A stretch of DNA of 60,379 nucleotides from Candidatus Nanohaloarchaea archaeon (lineage in GTDB: Archaea > Nanohalarchaeota > Nanosalinia > Nanosalinales > Nanosalinaceae): contig JBDGSJ010000004.1 in assembly GCA_042217585.1 (NCBI GenBank), positions 1-60,379 of the forward strand, written 5' to 3'. Position numbers and translations under genes: made by a program. The first letter of the stretch is position 1. Every line of letters begins with the position of its first letter. The notes beneath the pieces were generated by a model. It had not been told where the DNA came from and searched no databases. It saw only the letters and a list, made by a program, of their open reading frames with translations. This document shows positions 33,680 to 44,034 of the stretch, in pieces.

Positions 33680-35353
33680 CTAGTTCTGATCCTCATACAG
33701 TTCTTTTACTTTTTGTAAACTATCTGCTTCTTCTTTATCATCCCTGAAGGCCTTGAGACGCGGGAAACGTAGCGCGTAGCCCGATGAGTAGTTCGGGCTC
33801 TCCTGTATCTCCTCGTACTCGACCTCAACGATCACCTCAGGGCGGACCTCCACCTCTCTGCCGTCTTCGCTCACTATCAGAGGTTTCAGTCGCTCCGTTA
33901 TCTCCTCCAGCTGTTCGTCCGTGAGACCTGTCGCCATCTTCCCCACCTCCCTGTACTCGTCGTCTTCCTCGCTGTAACAGCCAAGTCTCAGGCTCCCGAT
34001 CCATCCTGTTCTGCGGCCCTCACTCCATTCACCGCCGATTATCGCCAGGTCCAGCGTCTCCATCACCGGCTTCAGCTTCACCATGTATCCCACGCGGGAA
34101 CCCGGTTTGTACTCCGCGTCCAGGTTCTTCATCATTATCCCTTCGTGGCCCTCGTCCAGGGACCGCTGCTGCATCCTGTTGACTTCTTCCTCTTCCGAGG
34201 TCCTCTCATGACTCGCCAGCCTCAGGACGTTCTCCTCCTCATCAACGATATCCTCCAGCCGGTCAAGTCTCTCCCGGTACTCGGTATCCAGGATGGGCCC
34301 GTCTAGATATATCACGTCGAAGGGCCTGACCTCCACCGGTATCTGGTCCTTCAGCTTCTGGATATCGTACTTCCGCTTGATCCTCTTCGAGAGCTTCTGG
34401 AAAGGTATCGAGGAACCGTCCTCAGGGTCGTAACCCACGACCTCGGTGTCGAGCACGTAGCTTTCCGCATCGACATGGTCCCGGACCGCCTCCACGACAT
34501 CCGGGAACTGCTCAGTAACGTTCTCCAGCCTCCGGGTGAACACCTTTATCTCGTCGCCGTCCGAGTGTATCTGGGCTCTCATGCCGTCATACTTGTAGTC
34601 CACTGCAGCGGGCTTCCCCACAGTCTCGAAACCCTCCTCTATCGTCTCGACCTTCTTCGCCAGCATCGATTTGACTGGACGGAAGAGCTCCATCTCAAGG
34701 GACCGGACCTCTTCTATCCCCTCCCTGCACGCTTCAGCGACAGTGGTGAAGTCGTTCGTGACGTCGTAGGCTCGCTGTATGTCCTCAGCGTGCTGACCCT
34801 CAAAAAACGCCTGGTCCAGAGCGTCCCTTACGAGACCTTCTCCGACCCCGAGCCGGAGGTTCTCTATGAAGGTCCTCACGAGGTACCTTGCCTCCTCAGG
34901 ACCTGCATCGTTCAGAAGTGCGGCAACCTCCTTCCTCTTCTTGTCCATGGATACGCTTCCCAGCGACTCCTCCTCCATGCTGGCCACCCTGTGAAGTTTT
35001 TCGACCACTCTCTTGACCGTCAGTTCCTTCTGCATCAGGCTCTGCTGCCCTCCACCGCTCTCCAGGATCTCCTCGGCGGCGGAACCTAGATCACCTTTTT
35101 CCCTCCAGAGGTCCTCTATACGGTCCTCCGAGGCTCCCGATGCCTCCCTGATTATCTTCATCATCGTCTTGGATGATATCCCCAGTTCAGCGTTCTTCCA
35201 CGCAGGATAGGGTCTTCCCAGGCAGAGGAGGACAACCCTCTGGAGGTCCTCTCCAGCCTCCATGAAAAGTTCGGCCATGATATCTGTCTTCTCGAGAGTC
35301 TTCTGGGTGCTCTCGAGTTTGCGATAGGTCCGCACAAGCCTTGAGTATCTCAC
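33680..35353 (-). CDS. lig: ATP-dependent DNA ligase
   Basis: KYDGMRAQIH, EGIMMK, YKPGSR, ALRFPR. Confidence 0.97.
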   Translation of the reverse strand: MRYSRLVRTYRKLESTQKTLEKTDIMAELFMEAGEDLQRVVLLCLGRPYPAWKNAELGISSKTMMKIIREASGASEDRIEDLWREKGDLGSAAEEILESGGGQQSLMQKELTVKRVVEKLHRVASMEEESLGSVSMDKKRKEVAALLNDAGPEEARYLVRTFIENLRLGVGEGLVRDALDQAFFEGQHAEDIQRAYDVTNDFTTVAEACREGIEEVRSLEMELFRPVKSMLAKKVETIEEGFETVGKPAAVDYKYDGMRAQIHSDGDEIKVFTRRLENVTEQFPDVVEAVRDHVDAESYVLDTEVVGYDPEDGSSIPFQKLSKRIKRKYDIQKLKDQIPVEVRPFDVIYLDGPILDTEYRERLDRLEDIVDEEENVLRLASHERTSEEEEVNRMQQRSLDEGHEGIMMKNLDAEYKPGSRVGYMVKLKPVMETLDLAIIGGEWSEGRRTGWIGSLRLGCYSEEDDEYREVGKMATGLTDEQLEEITERLKPLIVSEDGREVEVRPEVIVEVEYEEIQESPNYSSGYALRFPRLKAFRDDKEEADSLQKVKELYEDQN

Positions 35354-35417
35354 ACCTTAATTTCGCCACCTGAAAGTTTAAACCCTGCTCCGGCTAATTA
35401 ACTGTGTGAGGTAAGGG

Positions 35418-36062
35418 ATGACAGCATTCGAATCAGCCGTCAACCTTGAGAAATTCGAAGAATGTCGGGACGAAAGGGTAGAGAGGGAGAAGATCGGTAA
35501 GGTGCTCGAAGCCGGGAGGAACTCTCCCTCACCACAGAGAACGCAGACGGTAGAGTTCGTGGTAGTTGAGAGCCAGGAAGACCGCGAAACGCTTTCGGAG
35601 ATAACAGGGGATGAGAGACTGGAGAAAGCTCCTACATCGATCATACTGGTATCCGACCTTGAGAGGATAGAGAGGAGGACCGAGGACTCCGACATGAGGA
35701 CCGTCTGTATGGCCGAAGCTGCTTCAGCAGCTCAGAACATGCGCCTGGTGGCTCAGGAGAACGGACTGGCCTCAATATGGCTGAGCGGTTTCGATGAGGT
35801 AAGGATAGCGGAGAGGTTCGATATACCCGAGGGCAAAACTCCTCTGGCGATAGTAAGCCTGGCCTACACCGACGAGCCAGTACCGCAGAGCCAGAAATTT
35901 GGATTGAACGAGATATGTTTCTACGACAGGTACGGGAACAAGATAGACGAGATATTCGAGGATTTCGAGTGGAAAGGTGTACAGGAGGAGGCGGAGATAT
36001 ACAGCGATAAGGCCAAAGGTCTTCTGGACAGGGTTAGGAGAAAGATCAGGAAGGTTTTATAA
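35418..36062 (+). CDS. nitroreductase family protein (divergent)
   Basis: LEAGRNSPS, EFVVV, AAQNM.L.A...GL.S.W; the N-terminal RRSIR motif is degenerate. Confidence 0.85.
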   Translation: MTAFESAVNLEKFEECRDERVEREKIGKVLEAGRNSPSPQRTQTVEFVVVESQEDRETLSEITGDERLEKAPTSIILVSDLERIERRTEDSDMRTVCMAEAASAAQNMRLVAQENGLASIWLSGFDEVRIAERFDIPEGKTPLAIVSLAYTDEPVPQSQKFGLNEICFYDRYGNKIDEIFEDFEWKGVQEEAEIYSDKAKGLLDRVRRKIRKVL

Positions 36063-36184
36063 ATATTCACACACGAATGTTTACTATCGGAGGATAATAA
36101 ATTCCGTCGAAACCCGGGAAACCGGAGAAAAAAGGTTTATAATTAGTCCGAATGAATCAATTTGTATAATAAGGTGTAACATGA

Positions 36185-37033
36185 ATGGTAGCAAGCCAAG
36201 AAACACTTGATGCTCTGGAGGATATAGGCCTGAACATGTACGAGCGGAAAATCTACTCCGCTCTGCTGGGCCGAGGAGTATCGACTGCCGGCGAGCTCTC
36301 CGAGATGACCAATGTTCCCCGTTCACGGGCCTACGATGTTCTGGAATCGCTCGCCGAGAAGGGATTCGCGGTCATAAAGTCGAGCAAGCCGATGGAATAC
36401 GTGGCGATCCCTCCGAGCCAGGCTATAGAAAACATAAAGAAGCAACACAGGAAGGACCTTGAGGACAAGCTTGAGAAACTTGATTCCTTCAAGGATTCGG
36501 ACGCCGTGGAAGAACTCGAACAGCTGTACGATCAGGGAGTTGAACTTGTTGATCCGGCAGAGATGTCCGGGTCTCTCAAGGGAAGACATCAGATCCACCA
36601 GCATATGGGTACGATGTTCCAGGACGCCGACGAGGATATAAAGATAATGACCTCCGAGGAGGGACTCAAGAACATAAGGGAGAACCATCACGAGCTACTG
36701 GAGGAAGCCCGCGAGGAGGGAGTGAACGTGGAGGTCCTGGCGCCCGTGACAGAGGAGAACAGGGAAGCGTACGAGGACCTCTCATCGGTAGCGGAAGTCA
36801 GGCACCTTGACGGTGACGAGTTCGATGTCCCCGAGGGCAGGTTCGCCATAATCGACGGTAACGCCCTCACTATGTCCATGACTCACGACGAGGTCCACTC
36901 CACGCAGGAAACTGCTTTCTGGAGCAAGAGCGACCACATGGCCGAGAACACGCTGAAGCCGATGTTCGATATGCTATGGGAGCACTCGAGTCATCCTGAT
37001 GAGGGGCCTGAGGGACCGGAGAGAGAAGGATAG
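36185..37033 (+). CDS. TrmB family transcriptional regulator
   Basis: GLNMYE.KIY.ALL, VPRSRAYDVLESL..KGF. Confidence 0.93.
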   Translation: MVASQETLDALEDIGLNMYERKIYSALLGRGVSTAGELSEMTNVPRSRAYDVLESLAEKGFAVIKSSKPMEYVAIPPSQAIENIKKQHRKDLEDKLEKLDSFKDSDAVEELEQLYDQGVELVDPAEMSGSLKGRHQIHQHMGTMFQDADEDIKIMTSEEGLKNIRENHHELLEEAREEGVNVEVLAPVTEENREAYEDLSSVAEVRHLDGDEFDVPEGRFAIIDGNALTMSMTHDEVHSTQETAFWSKSDHMAENTLKPMFDMLWEHSSHPDEGPEGPEREG

Positions 37034-37069
37034 CGGAGACGGGGATGATCCCCGCTTTTTCTCAGGTTT

Positions 37070-37960
37070 TCAGTAACCGTAACTTGCCTTGAAGGGCACC
37101 CTTGTGCCGGTTTCGGTCACCAGGGACAGCATTTCTCCAGCCATACTGTCTATACCCATCAGGGATAGAAGCCCGAACTGTGGACCCTGCTGGACCTCCG
37201 AGAAACTCACGTTCCTGCCGACGAGGTCCTCTGCCGTTTTCTTGGCAGTCATGCGCCCGCCGAGCCGGTCCACGAGACCTAGTTCCTTCGCCTTCTTTCC
37301 CAGGAAGATGTTACCTGTCTTTATGGTCTGGACCTGTGATCTTGTAAGGTTCCTCTCCTCCTTGACGGTCTCCAGGAACTGCCTGTGGATTGCTTCCGCT
37401 TTCTGCTTCAGCATCTTTCTCTCCCTGGAAGTGATGTTCGAGTACCGCGAGCCTATCTCCTTGTACTTCCCGGAGGTTATGTTCACGTATTCCACTCCGA
37501 GCTTGTTCAGTAGCCCTGAGTACTCGAGGTAGGAGCTTCTCACTCCTATGCTTCCCGTGAGGCTGGCGGAGTCCGCCACGATCCTGTCGCATCCTGTCGA
37601 GAGGAGGTAAGCTCCTGAAGCACCTACATCCCTTATCCGGCAGACAGTCGGGACTTCCACCGATTCGATCTCTCTCATTATCTCTTTCGAGGCGACTACC
37701 GTTCCGCCACCGGAGTTTATCTCGTAGATTATGACATCGGCACCCTGCTCCAGAGCTTTCTCGTTGAGTTCTCTGACCTTCTCGGGTGTAAGTGCGGAGG
37801 AAGTCAGACCTCCCGAAGTCGCCGATATCGAACCTGATAGCTGTATTATGGCTCCCTCGGCCTTACCTGATTCCATGGGGTTCGAGGTCGCGAGAAGTAC
37901 TCCGCCAGTCACCAGGATCACAAGACCTGTCACTGCGGCTGCAGTCACTTTCCAGTCCAT
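37070..37960 (-). CDS. sppA: signal peptide peptidase SppA (S49)
   Basis: INSGGG, GASGAY, TGSIGV, SGKYK, GLVD.LG; N-terminal TM helix. Confidence 0.93.
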   Translation of the reverse strand: MDWKVTAAAVTGLVILVTGGVLLATSNPMESGKAEGAIIQLSGSISATSGGLTSSALTPEKVRELNEKALEQGADVIIYEINSGGGTVVASKEIMREIESVEVPTVCRIRDVGASGAYLLSTGCDRIVADSASLTGSIGVRSSYLEYSGLLNKLGVEYVNITSGKYKEIGSRYSNITSRERKMLKQKAEAIHRQFLETVKEERNLTRSQVQTIKTGNIFLGKKAKELGLVDRLGGRMTAKKTAEDLVGRNVSFSEVQQGPQFGLLSLMGIDSMAGEMLSLVTETGTRVPFKASYGY

Positions 37961-38006
37961 GGGATATGTTATCCCCTTTTTAACTTTTCAGAGTTACTGT
38001 TTCCTC

Positions 38007-39608
38007 ATGTCCGACCTGGAAAATCTTTCACGCCAGATCATCGACGAGATAGAAAACGAGGAGATCAGTTCGAAGGATGAGGTCGAAAAAAGGAAGAAAG
38101 AGCTCTGCAAGGAGTACAGCTTCCCGGGGATGCCGAAGAACAGCGATATCCTCGAGTTCGCGGATGAAGACGAGGACCGGGCGAGAAAGGTCCTGAAGAC
38201 GAAGCCGATGAGGACGATCTCCGGTATCGCGAACATCGCGATAATGGCCCGCCCCGCGCCCTGTGGAGGAGGATGCATCTACTGTCCGAAGGGGAAGGAC
38301 GCCCCTCAGAGCTACACCGGCAAGGAGCCTGCGACGAGGAGGGCGATCAGGAACAACTACGACCCGTTCGACCAGGTCCATGACAGGCTCAAACAGTACG
38401 AGAAGAACGGCCACAGCATCGACAAGTCGAAGCTGATAGTGATGGGTGGGACCTTCCCGTTCCAGGATCCGGACTACCAGAAGAAGTTCCTGAAGAGGGC
38501 CTTCGACGGGTTCAACTCGTATCCGGATAGAGACGAGATCGACGATACCTCCGAGTTCGACGGCGCGGAGAGCCTTGAGGAGGCACAGCTGGAGAACGAG
38601 GAAGCCGAGGTCCGTAACGTCGGCGTGACTTTCGAGACCCGGCCGGATATATGTGAGACCAAGCACATCGACAGGATACTTGAGATGGGCGGTACGCGGG
38701 TGGAGATGGGTGTCCAGACCGTCTTCGACGAGACCCACGAGATAACCAACAGGGGTCACGGCATGGACAAGGTGGTCGAGGCGACGAGGAAGCTGAAGAA
38801 CGCAGGTTTCAAGGTCGCGTACCACCTGATGCTGGGGCTCCCAGGCGAGGATTACGAGGACGACATCGAGAAGTTCCGGGAGGTCTTCTCGAACAGCGAC
38901 TACCAGCCTGACGAGATAAAGATCTACCCCTGCGAGGTCATCGAGGGCACGGAACTGTATCGGCGGTACGAGGAAGGAGATTTCGAACCTATCTCGGACG
39001 AGGAAGCGAAGGAGCGGCTGAAGGAAGTACAGAGAAATCATATACCTCCGCACGTCCGCGTGAAGCGCGTGATGCGTGACATCCCCTCGACCGAGGTCGA
39101 CGCCGGCCCCCAGCTGACCAACATGAGGCAGATGGCTCTGCAGGAGCTCCACGAGAACGGGGAGCGCTGCCGGTGCATAAGGTGCCGAGAAGTGGGCCAC
39201 GTGAAGAGGACCCACGACCTGGAGCCGGAAGAACCCGAACTGCTCGAGAGAGTTTACGAAGCGTCAGGGGGGAAGGAGTTCTTCCTGAGCTACGAGGACA
39301 CGGATAACGATATCATACTGGGTTTCACCCGGCTGAGAGCGCCGGAGGAAAGTTTCAGGCCGGAGATAGATTCCGGGACTTTGCTGGTCCGCCAGCTCAA
39401 GGTGCTGGGGTCCGCGACGGATATTGGCGAAGAAGGTGAGGTCCAGCACCAGGGCTTCGGCACCGGGCTGATGGAGCACGCGGAGGAGAAGGCCCGGGAG
39501 CTCGGACGTGAGAAGGTAGTCGTTATCTCCGCGGTCGGGACGCGGGAGTACTACCGGAAGATGGGTTACAGCCGTGAAGGACCCTATATGGTGAAGGAGA
39601 TAGAGTAA
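38007..39608 (+). CDS. elp3: Elp3 tRNA U34 acetyltransferase (radical SAM + KAT)
   Basis: KPMRTISG, CGGGCIYCP, PQSYTG.EPA, ETRPD, CRCIRCREVG, QHQGFG, ISAVGTREYYRK.GY. Confidence 0.96.
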   Translation: MSDLENLSRQIIDEIENEEISSKDEVEKRKKELCKEYSFPGMPKNSDILEFADEDEDRARKVLKTKPMRTISGIANIAIMARPAPCGGGCIYCPKGKDAPQSYTGKEPATRRAIRNNYDPFDQVHDRLKQYEKNGHSIDKSKLIVMGGTFPFQDPDYQKKFLKRAFDGFNSYPDRDEIDDTSEFDGAESLEEAQLENEEAEVRNVGVTFETRPDICETKHIDRILEMGGTRVEMGVQTVFDETHEITNRGHGMDKVVEATRKLKNAGFKVAYHLMLGLPGEDYEDDIEKFREVFSNSDYQPDEIKIYPCEVIEGTELYRRYEEGDFEPISDEEAKERLKEVQRNHIPPHVRVKRVMRDIPSTEVDAGPQLTNMRQMALQELHENGERCRCIRCREVGHVKRTHDLEPEEPELLERVYEASGGKEFFLSYEDTDNDIILGFTRLRAPEESFRPEIDSGTLLVRQLKVLGSATDIGEEGEVQHQGFGTGLMEHAEEKARELGREKVVVISAVGTREYYRKMGYSREGPYMVKEIE

Positions 39609-39660
39609 GAGAATAAGAAAAGGCGGTCCCCCTCCCCATGGAGGCCCGGCCGATGAATGA

Positions 39661-39942
39661 TCAGTTGGAGTGGGTCTGCTTCAGTTCCTGCCACTTGTTC
39701 GAAAACTCGTCCTTCATCACTTCGAGTACGATCCTCTCTTCGTCGGAGAGATCTCTGTTTTCCACTATTTCACGGTAGATCTTGTACGGATGAGTCGGTA
39801 CGTCCTCCTGCATGTTGTCTCTGAACTCATCCTCGAATTTGTGTCGATGTTGCTCTACCTTCCTCTCCAGAACGCCGTTTGTCTCCCATTCATCGGCGAG
39901 CTTTTCCTTAGAACTCTTACCGAGATCCCAGAGGCTCGCCAT
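39661..39942 (-). CDS. hypothetical protein
   Basis: 93-aa charged ORF with a TATA-like box upstream. Confidence 0.65.
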   Translation of the reverse strand: MASLWDLGKSSKEKLADEWETNGVLERKVEQHRHKFEDEFRDNMQEDVPTHPYKIYREIVENRDLSDEERIVLEVMKDEFSNKWQELKQTHSN

Positions 39943-40159
39943 ATTGTCCCATCACTCTGTAAGTCTTATTAACCTTTTGCTTTAGCGATACAGGGATTGA
40001 GGGGCTGAGAGCGGTTCTTTGTGATCAATAAGACACAACAAGCTTTCTGCGGATATGGTTCATCCAGAGAGGGTAAGCGTTTAGCCTGAACCCTATGGGC
40101 GGAGAAGTTCTCTTAACACTTTATACCCGGGACGATAAATTAACAGGTGAGGTCGTAGG

Positions 40160-40864
40160 ATGGAGCTGAAAAGTATACTGCTGGGAAGCCTGGAACTGCT
40201 GAGGGACCGACCCTCCCTTTTCATCCCGAAGCTGGTATCCACCTCTGCCAGCACGGCCTGGATACTGGGCTTCCTGCTTGGCTACCTGGACCGGTCCGTT
40301 TACCTCCTTTCATTTCCCTTCCTCGTGCTGGTGGGAGTGGTGGTCTCGGTGATGGTGGCGAGGATGGTGGAGCACCGCGAAGAGGACCGTGTACTGTGGA
40401 AGAGCTTCAGGGATACGATGGCCGACTGGACCTCACTCGCAGGGCTGACGGTTTTCTTCCTGGTCTCGTCCATCCTCATCGCCCTGCCGGCGTCCTTCGG
40501 CGTGGTGATGTTCAGGCTTTCAGGGGAGGTGATCTATCCAGTGGCGGGGTTGCTGGCGACCCTGACGTTGACCCTGGTACTCAGCTTCGTGGTCTACTTC
40601 GTCCCTGTTTCGGTGGTGAAGAACAGTTCCCTGCTGACGAGCTTCAGGGACTCGGTGCGGACGTCGACCTCGCACTCAAGGGAGGTAACGATCCTCATCC
40701 TGCTGTCAGCACTTCTCATAGGCCCCGTGGCGCTGACCCAGGGTGCGCTCCAGAGGACCTACGCCGCCGCCTTCGTACTGGTGCGGTACCTCTCCGCTGT
40801 CGTGACCACCTACATCTTCGTGGTGAGCCCGACTTTCTACAACGCGGCGAGAGAGAAGGAATGA
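40160..40864 (+). CDS. multi-pass membrane protein
   Basis: About 6 hydrophobic segments; S...S.R.S motif typical of DUF7847/GDPD-anchor-like proteins. Confidence 0.75.
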   Translation: MELKSILLGSLELLRDRPSLFIPKLVSTSASTAWILGFLLGYLDRSVYLLSFPFLVLVGVVVSVMVARMVEHREEDRVLWKSFRDTMADWTSLAGLTVFFLVSSILIALPASFGVVMFRLSGEVIYPVAGLLATLTLTLVLSFVVYFVPVSVVKNSSLLTSFRDSVRTSTSHSREVTILILLSALLIGPVALTQGALQRTYAAAFVLVRYLSAVVTTYIFVVSPTFYNAAREKE

Positions 40865-40867
40865 GTT

Positions 40868-41437
40868 TCAGTTCTCGAGGACCTCTACAAGTTCCTCTGC
40901 GGCTACTTGTGCCTCGCCCTCCGGGTTCTCTATTACGCTGAAGTAGGCCCCTGTCAGGACCGCCCCGGTGGAGGCCATGTTCATCGCTATCTCGCGGTAC
41001 TCCCGGATGTCCTCCGGTCCATCGTGCTCGCGGTCCCTGTCATCATCTTCCTCCACCCTGCGGTACAGCTCTTCAGGTTCCGCGTCAATCATTATTATCT
41101 TCGACGGCTCCAGGTTCTCCACCGTCCACTTCGGCAACCCTGGGAGGTATCCCTGAGGTGTCCTGATAGCGGCGTGGGTGTTGACTATCACCTCGCCCTT
41201 GCGTGCGTCCTCGACTATAGATTCAGCGGCCTTCTGCTGTATTTTTTTCTGTGTTTCAGAGTCCAGTTCCTTTATCTCATCGCGGTCCTCCGCGTAGTCC
41301 TGTTCACGGGCTATCTCCAGCATCCGGTCCCCGAAGTTTATGATGTCGTAACCAGTCCCGGAGATGAGCTGGGCCTCCTCAAGCACCGTCGATTTTCCCA
41401 CTCCTGACAGTCCGATGAGTATGTTGACATCTTTCAT
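40868..41437 (-). CDS. adkA: archaeal adenylate kinase
   Basis: GLSGVGKSTV, NFGD.M, DRDE, THAAIRTP.GYLPGLP. Confidence 0.93.
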   Translation of the reverse strand: MKDVNILIGLSGVGKSTVLEEAQLISGTGYDIINFGDRMLEIAREQDYAEDRDEIKELDSETQKKIQQKAAESIVEDARKGEVIVNTHAAIRTPQGYLPGLPKWTVENLEPSKIIMIDAEPEELYRRVEEDDDRDREHDGPEDIREYREIAMNMASTGAVLTGAYFSVIENPEGEAQVAAEELVEVLEN

Positions 41438-42784
41438 TCAGGTCACGTTAAGTTTTTCCGCCAGGTAATTTAACCATTTTTCGTCCTCCTGTACCGGATC
41501 AGTCAGCCGGAACTCCGCGATCTTCTCCGCCACGTGATTCGGTACACCTCTCTCATGGAGTTCATTCGGCTCGCCGTCAAGGAAGTCCTTCACCAGCTCT
41601 CTTGCATGCGTGTAATCTCTCCGGGTCTTCGCGTAGAGCCTGGTACCCCTGATGAACACCGTATCGTACTTCCGGGTGAACTGCTCCAGGTGGTCCGTGC
41701 CGTGGAAGACCTTAGGCCCCTTTACATCTTCTATCCCGGATAGTTCCGCATCAAGCTCGAAGAACAGCCTGGTCCTCTCCCCGACGTGGAACCCTGACTC
41801 GTAAACCTGGAAATCATTCTTCTCCAGTTGCTTCCGCAGCGTCCTTAGAGTCTTCCGCATCTGCGGATAGACCACATCATCGACCTCGTCGGGGTTCTCG
41901 AACTCCACCACTATGAAGTCTCCTCTCTCCCCGATCTCCTGCTCCAGCTCGAACCGGTCGTACTCAGGTTCATCAGCCTCGAAGAACTCCATACCCGGAG
42001 AACTGTTGAACCTCCAGCATGTGAATATGAACTCCGAGAAGTTCTCGTCGCTTAGGACCGAGGCCACGTTCCTCTCAGGGTCGACCGGGTCAACCACCCT
42101 GAGCATCTCTCCCCCGAACTTCTCCTCAAGCCTCTCGGGAAGGGCCTCATGGTGGTCCTCGGGATCGATGACTTCGGCCTCCCTCCAGTCCTCGGCCGCT
42201 TCCACCAGCTCCCGGAAGCTACCGTAGTGGGAGACCAGGACCTCACAGAGATAACCGGAGAAGCCGCGGACCCTCAGGGAGGAGCCGTACAGGCCGTGTG
42301 ATTTCAGGAACTGTTTCAGCAGGACCACGTCCTTCTTCTGTTCACTGTCGAGGTTGTTCTGGACCCATCTGGAGTGGTGGGGAGTCCTGTCCACCGCGCT
42401 CGTTATATCCTCGGGTGATGTATCGTAGCACGGCACTACCTCCACCTCCTGTCCCTCTATCTCTCCCTTCGTGTAGGGGTGCTCCGCGTACTCGACCTCG
42501 TACTCGCCGTCGAACTCCCTGAAAACTGATTTCCCGACTGTAAGACCTCTCTCCTCGAGGTCCTTTCTCGGGACGTCCTCGGGGAACAGGACGAATATAT
42601 CTATGTCCTTGTCTCCGGACATGCAGGTGGAGCGGGAGGTGGAGCCCGCGAAATGCGTTTCAAAACCGTGTTCGTCCTCTATGTAGCTGGATATCCTCCC
42701 ATACATCTGACGCGCCCTCTGTAACTCGTCTTTTTCAGGGTAGACCCTGTCCAGTACTTTCTCCCTCAGCCTTTCCCAGTCCAT
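41438..42784 (-). CDS. cca: archaeal (class I) CCA-adding enzyme
   Basis: GS..R.T...D.DIDIF, YAEHPY, SAVDRTP.H, GFSGYLCE, DPVDP.RNVA. Confidence 0.96.
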   Translation of the reverse strand: MDWERLREKVLDRVYPEKDELQRARQMYGRISSYIEDEHGFETHFAGSTSRSTCMSGDKDIDIFVLFPEDVPRKDLEERGLTVGKSVFREFDGEYEVEYAEHPYTKGEIEGQEVEVVPCYDTSPEDITSAVDRTPHHSRWVQNNLDSEQKKDVVLLKQFLKSHGLYGSSLRVRGFSGYLCEVLVSHYGSFRELVEAAEDWREAEVIDPEDHHEALPERLEEKFGGEMLRVVDPVDPERNVASVLSDENFSEFIFTCWRFNSSPGMEFFEADEPEYDRFELEQEIGERGDFIVVEFENPDEVDDVVYPQMRKTLRTLRKQLEKNDFQVYESGFHVGERTRLFFELDAELSGIEDVKGPKVFHGTDHLEQFTRKYDTVFIRGTRLYAKTRRDYTHARELVKDFLDGEPNELHERGVPNHVAEKIAEFRLTDPVQEDEKWLNYLAEKLNVT

Positions 42785-42868
42785 GGAAACTAATGTTCCA
42801 GTCAGGATTATTAACGTTTAGAATCGAGAAGAGATCGGGAAAAACAGAAAAAGAGATACGTGGGATCT

Positions 42869-43252
42869 TTACTCCTTGAGCCCCTTCACAAGCTTCCTGT
42901 CGCCGATTACCCAGTAATTGATCTCGTCTCCCTCTCCTGCGCTCAGGTCGTCGGGAAGTTCCATCTCCTCGGTCTCGTAGGTGTCCATGTCCATGATCTG
43001 CGCGATGTTCCCGTCACGGGAGACGACCTGTCCGACCTTCTTGTCGATGGTCGGGCTCATCAGCATGGCGTCACCCGGCTTCGTGATGTGACGGTCCTTG
43101 CCGTCAAACACTCCCCGGGCCTTGATCTTGCATTTCGCGGATCCGTGCTTTCCCGGGCTTGACTTTGTCATCGACCGGACCTCGCACGGCTCGTCGTCAA
43201 TCATTATGTAGGTCCCGCTGCTGATCTTTGAAGCCTCTATCTGCTGTGGCAT
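42869..43252 (-). CDS. eif5a: translation factor aIF5A
   Basis: KSSPGKHGSAK hypusination motif. Confidence 0.97.
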   Translation of the reverse strand: MPQQIEASKISSGTYIMIDDEPCEVRSMTKSSPGKHGSAKCKIKARGVFDGKDRHITKPGDAMLMSPTIDKKVGQVVSRDGNIAQIMDMDTYETEEMELPDDLSAGEGDEINYWVIGDRKLVKGLKE

Positions 43253-43308
43253 GATTGTCTCACCTCTGGTTTTCCTGAATTTTCAGAGATTTTACGTACA
43301 TCGAGGGA

Positions 43309-43506
43309 TCACTCCGTAGCAAGATCGATGTCTTCCTTCTTTACAGTGTTCCTTCCCGCGTGGTCCGCGAGGTCTATGGCCTCTCGCGCGATGTCCGCGC
43401 CAGCCTCTTCCACTGCTTCCCTGAGTTCTTCAACTGCTTCTTTCGATACCCGTTCTGCGCCTGCTTTCCTGATTATCCTTTCAATCGGTGCATTAGGTAG
43501 TGCCAT
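43309..43506 (-). CDS. archaeal histone (HMf family, single fold)
   Basis: [20 protein letters not shown]...[12 protein letters not shown]. Confidence 0.97.
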   Translation of the reverse strand: MALPNAPIERIIRKAGAERVSKEAVEELREAVEEAGADIAREAIDLADHAGRNTVKKEDIDLATE

Positions 43507-43569
43507 TGTCTATCACGTTTTGGAATGGTAGAAGTATTTTTTAATAAACATAGGCATCCCAGATTCAGT

Positions 43570-44034
43570 GTGCCCCCTGTAATAGACACTAACGTCATCC
43601 TTCACGGCAGAGCGAACTACAGCTTCGACAGGGCTCTTACAGTCCCCGGTGTCATGGAGGAGCTCGAGAGCTCGGGCGGGAAGCTCAGGGCCGACCAGAT
43701 CGACCTCGACGTGATAACGCCCTCGGACCGCTCCCTGGAGAAAATCAGGGAGAAGGCAGACGAGATAGAGGCGGACGTCTCGGAGACCGACATGGAGGTC
43801 CTGGCGCTGGCCATGGACCGAGGCGGGAAGCTACTGACCGATGACCTGGAGCTCCAGAACCTCGCGCTTCACCTCGGGATAGATTTTGACGGCCATCTTG
43901 AGGACCGTATAGAGGAAAAGAGGGAATGGAAGACGGTTTGCGGGAACTGCGGGAAGGACATCAGTGAGACTCCGTGTCCCCGATGTGGGTCGGATGATCT
44001 CCACCGTAAACTATGCTCGCGGAGTTCAGTATGA
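43570..44034 (+). CDS. nob1: Nob1 family PIN endonuclease with Zn ribbon
   Basis: VIDTN, S.TD.EVLALA, TDD..LQN.A..LGI, CGNCG..CPRCG. Confidence 0.9.
   Translation: MPPVIDTNVILHGRANYSFDRALTVPGVMEELESSGGKLRADQIDLDVITPSDRSLEKIREKADEIEADVSETDMEVLALAMDRGGKLLTDDLELQNLALHLGIDFDGHLEDRIEEKREWKTVCGNCGKDISETPCPRCGSDDLHRKLCSRSSV

Noticed and set aside
40001..40012. GGGGCTGAGAG resembling the start of a TPP riboswitch or a hammerhead core
   Set aside because: The downstream TPP elements (ACCTGAT...TAAT...GCG.AGGGA) and the hammerhead CUGAnGA/GAAA core are missing.
43961..44034. 74-bp convergent overlap of nob1 and the AI-2E gene as antisense regulation
   Set aside because: Tail-to-tail overlaps are common in compact genomes and both extensions look like non-conserved tails.
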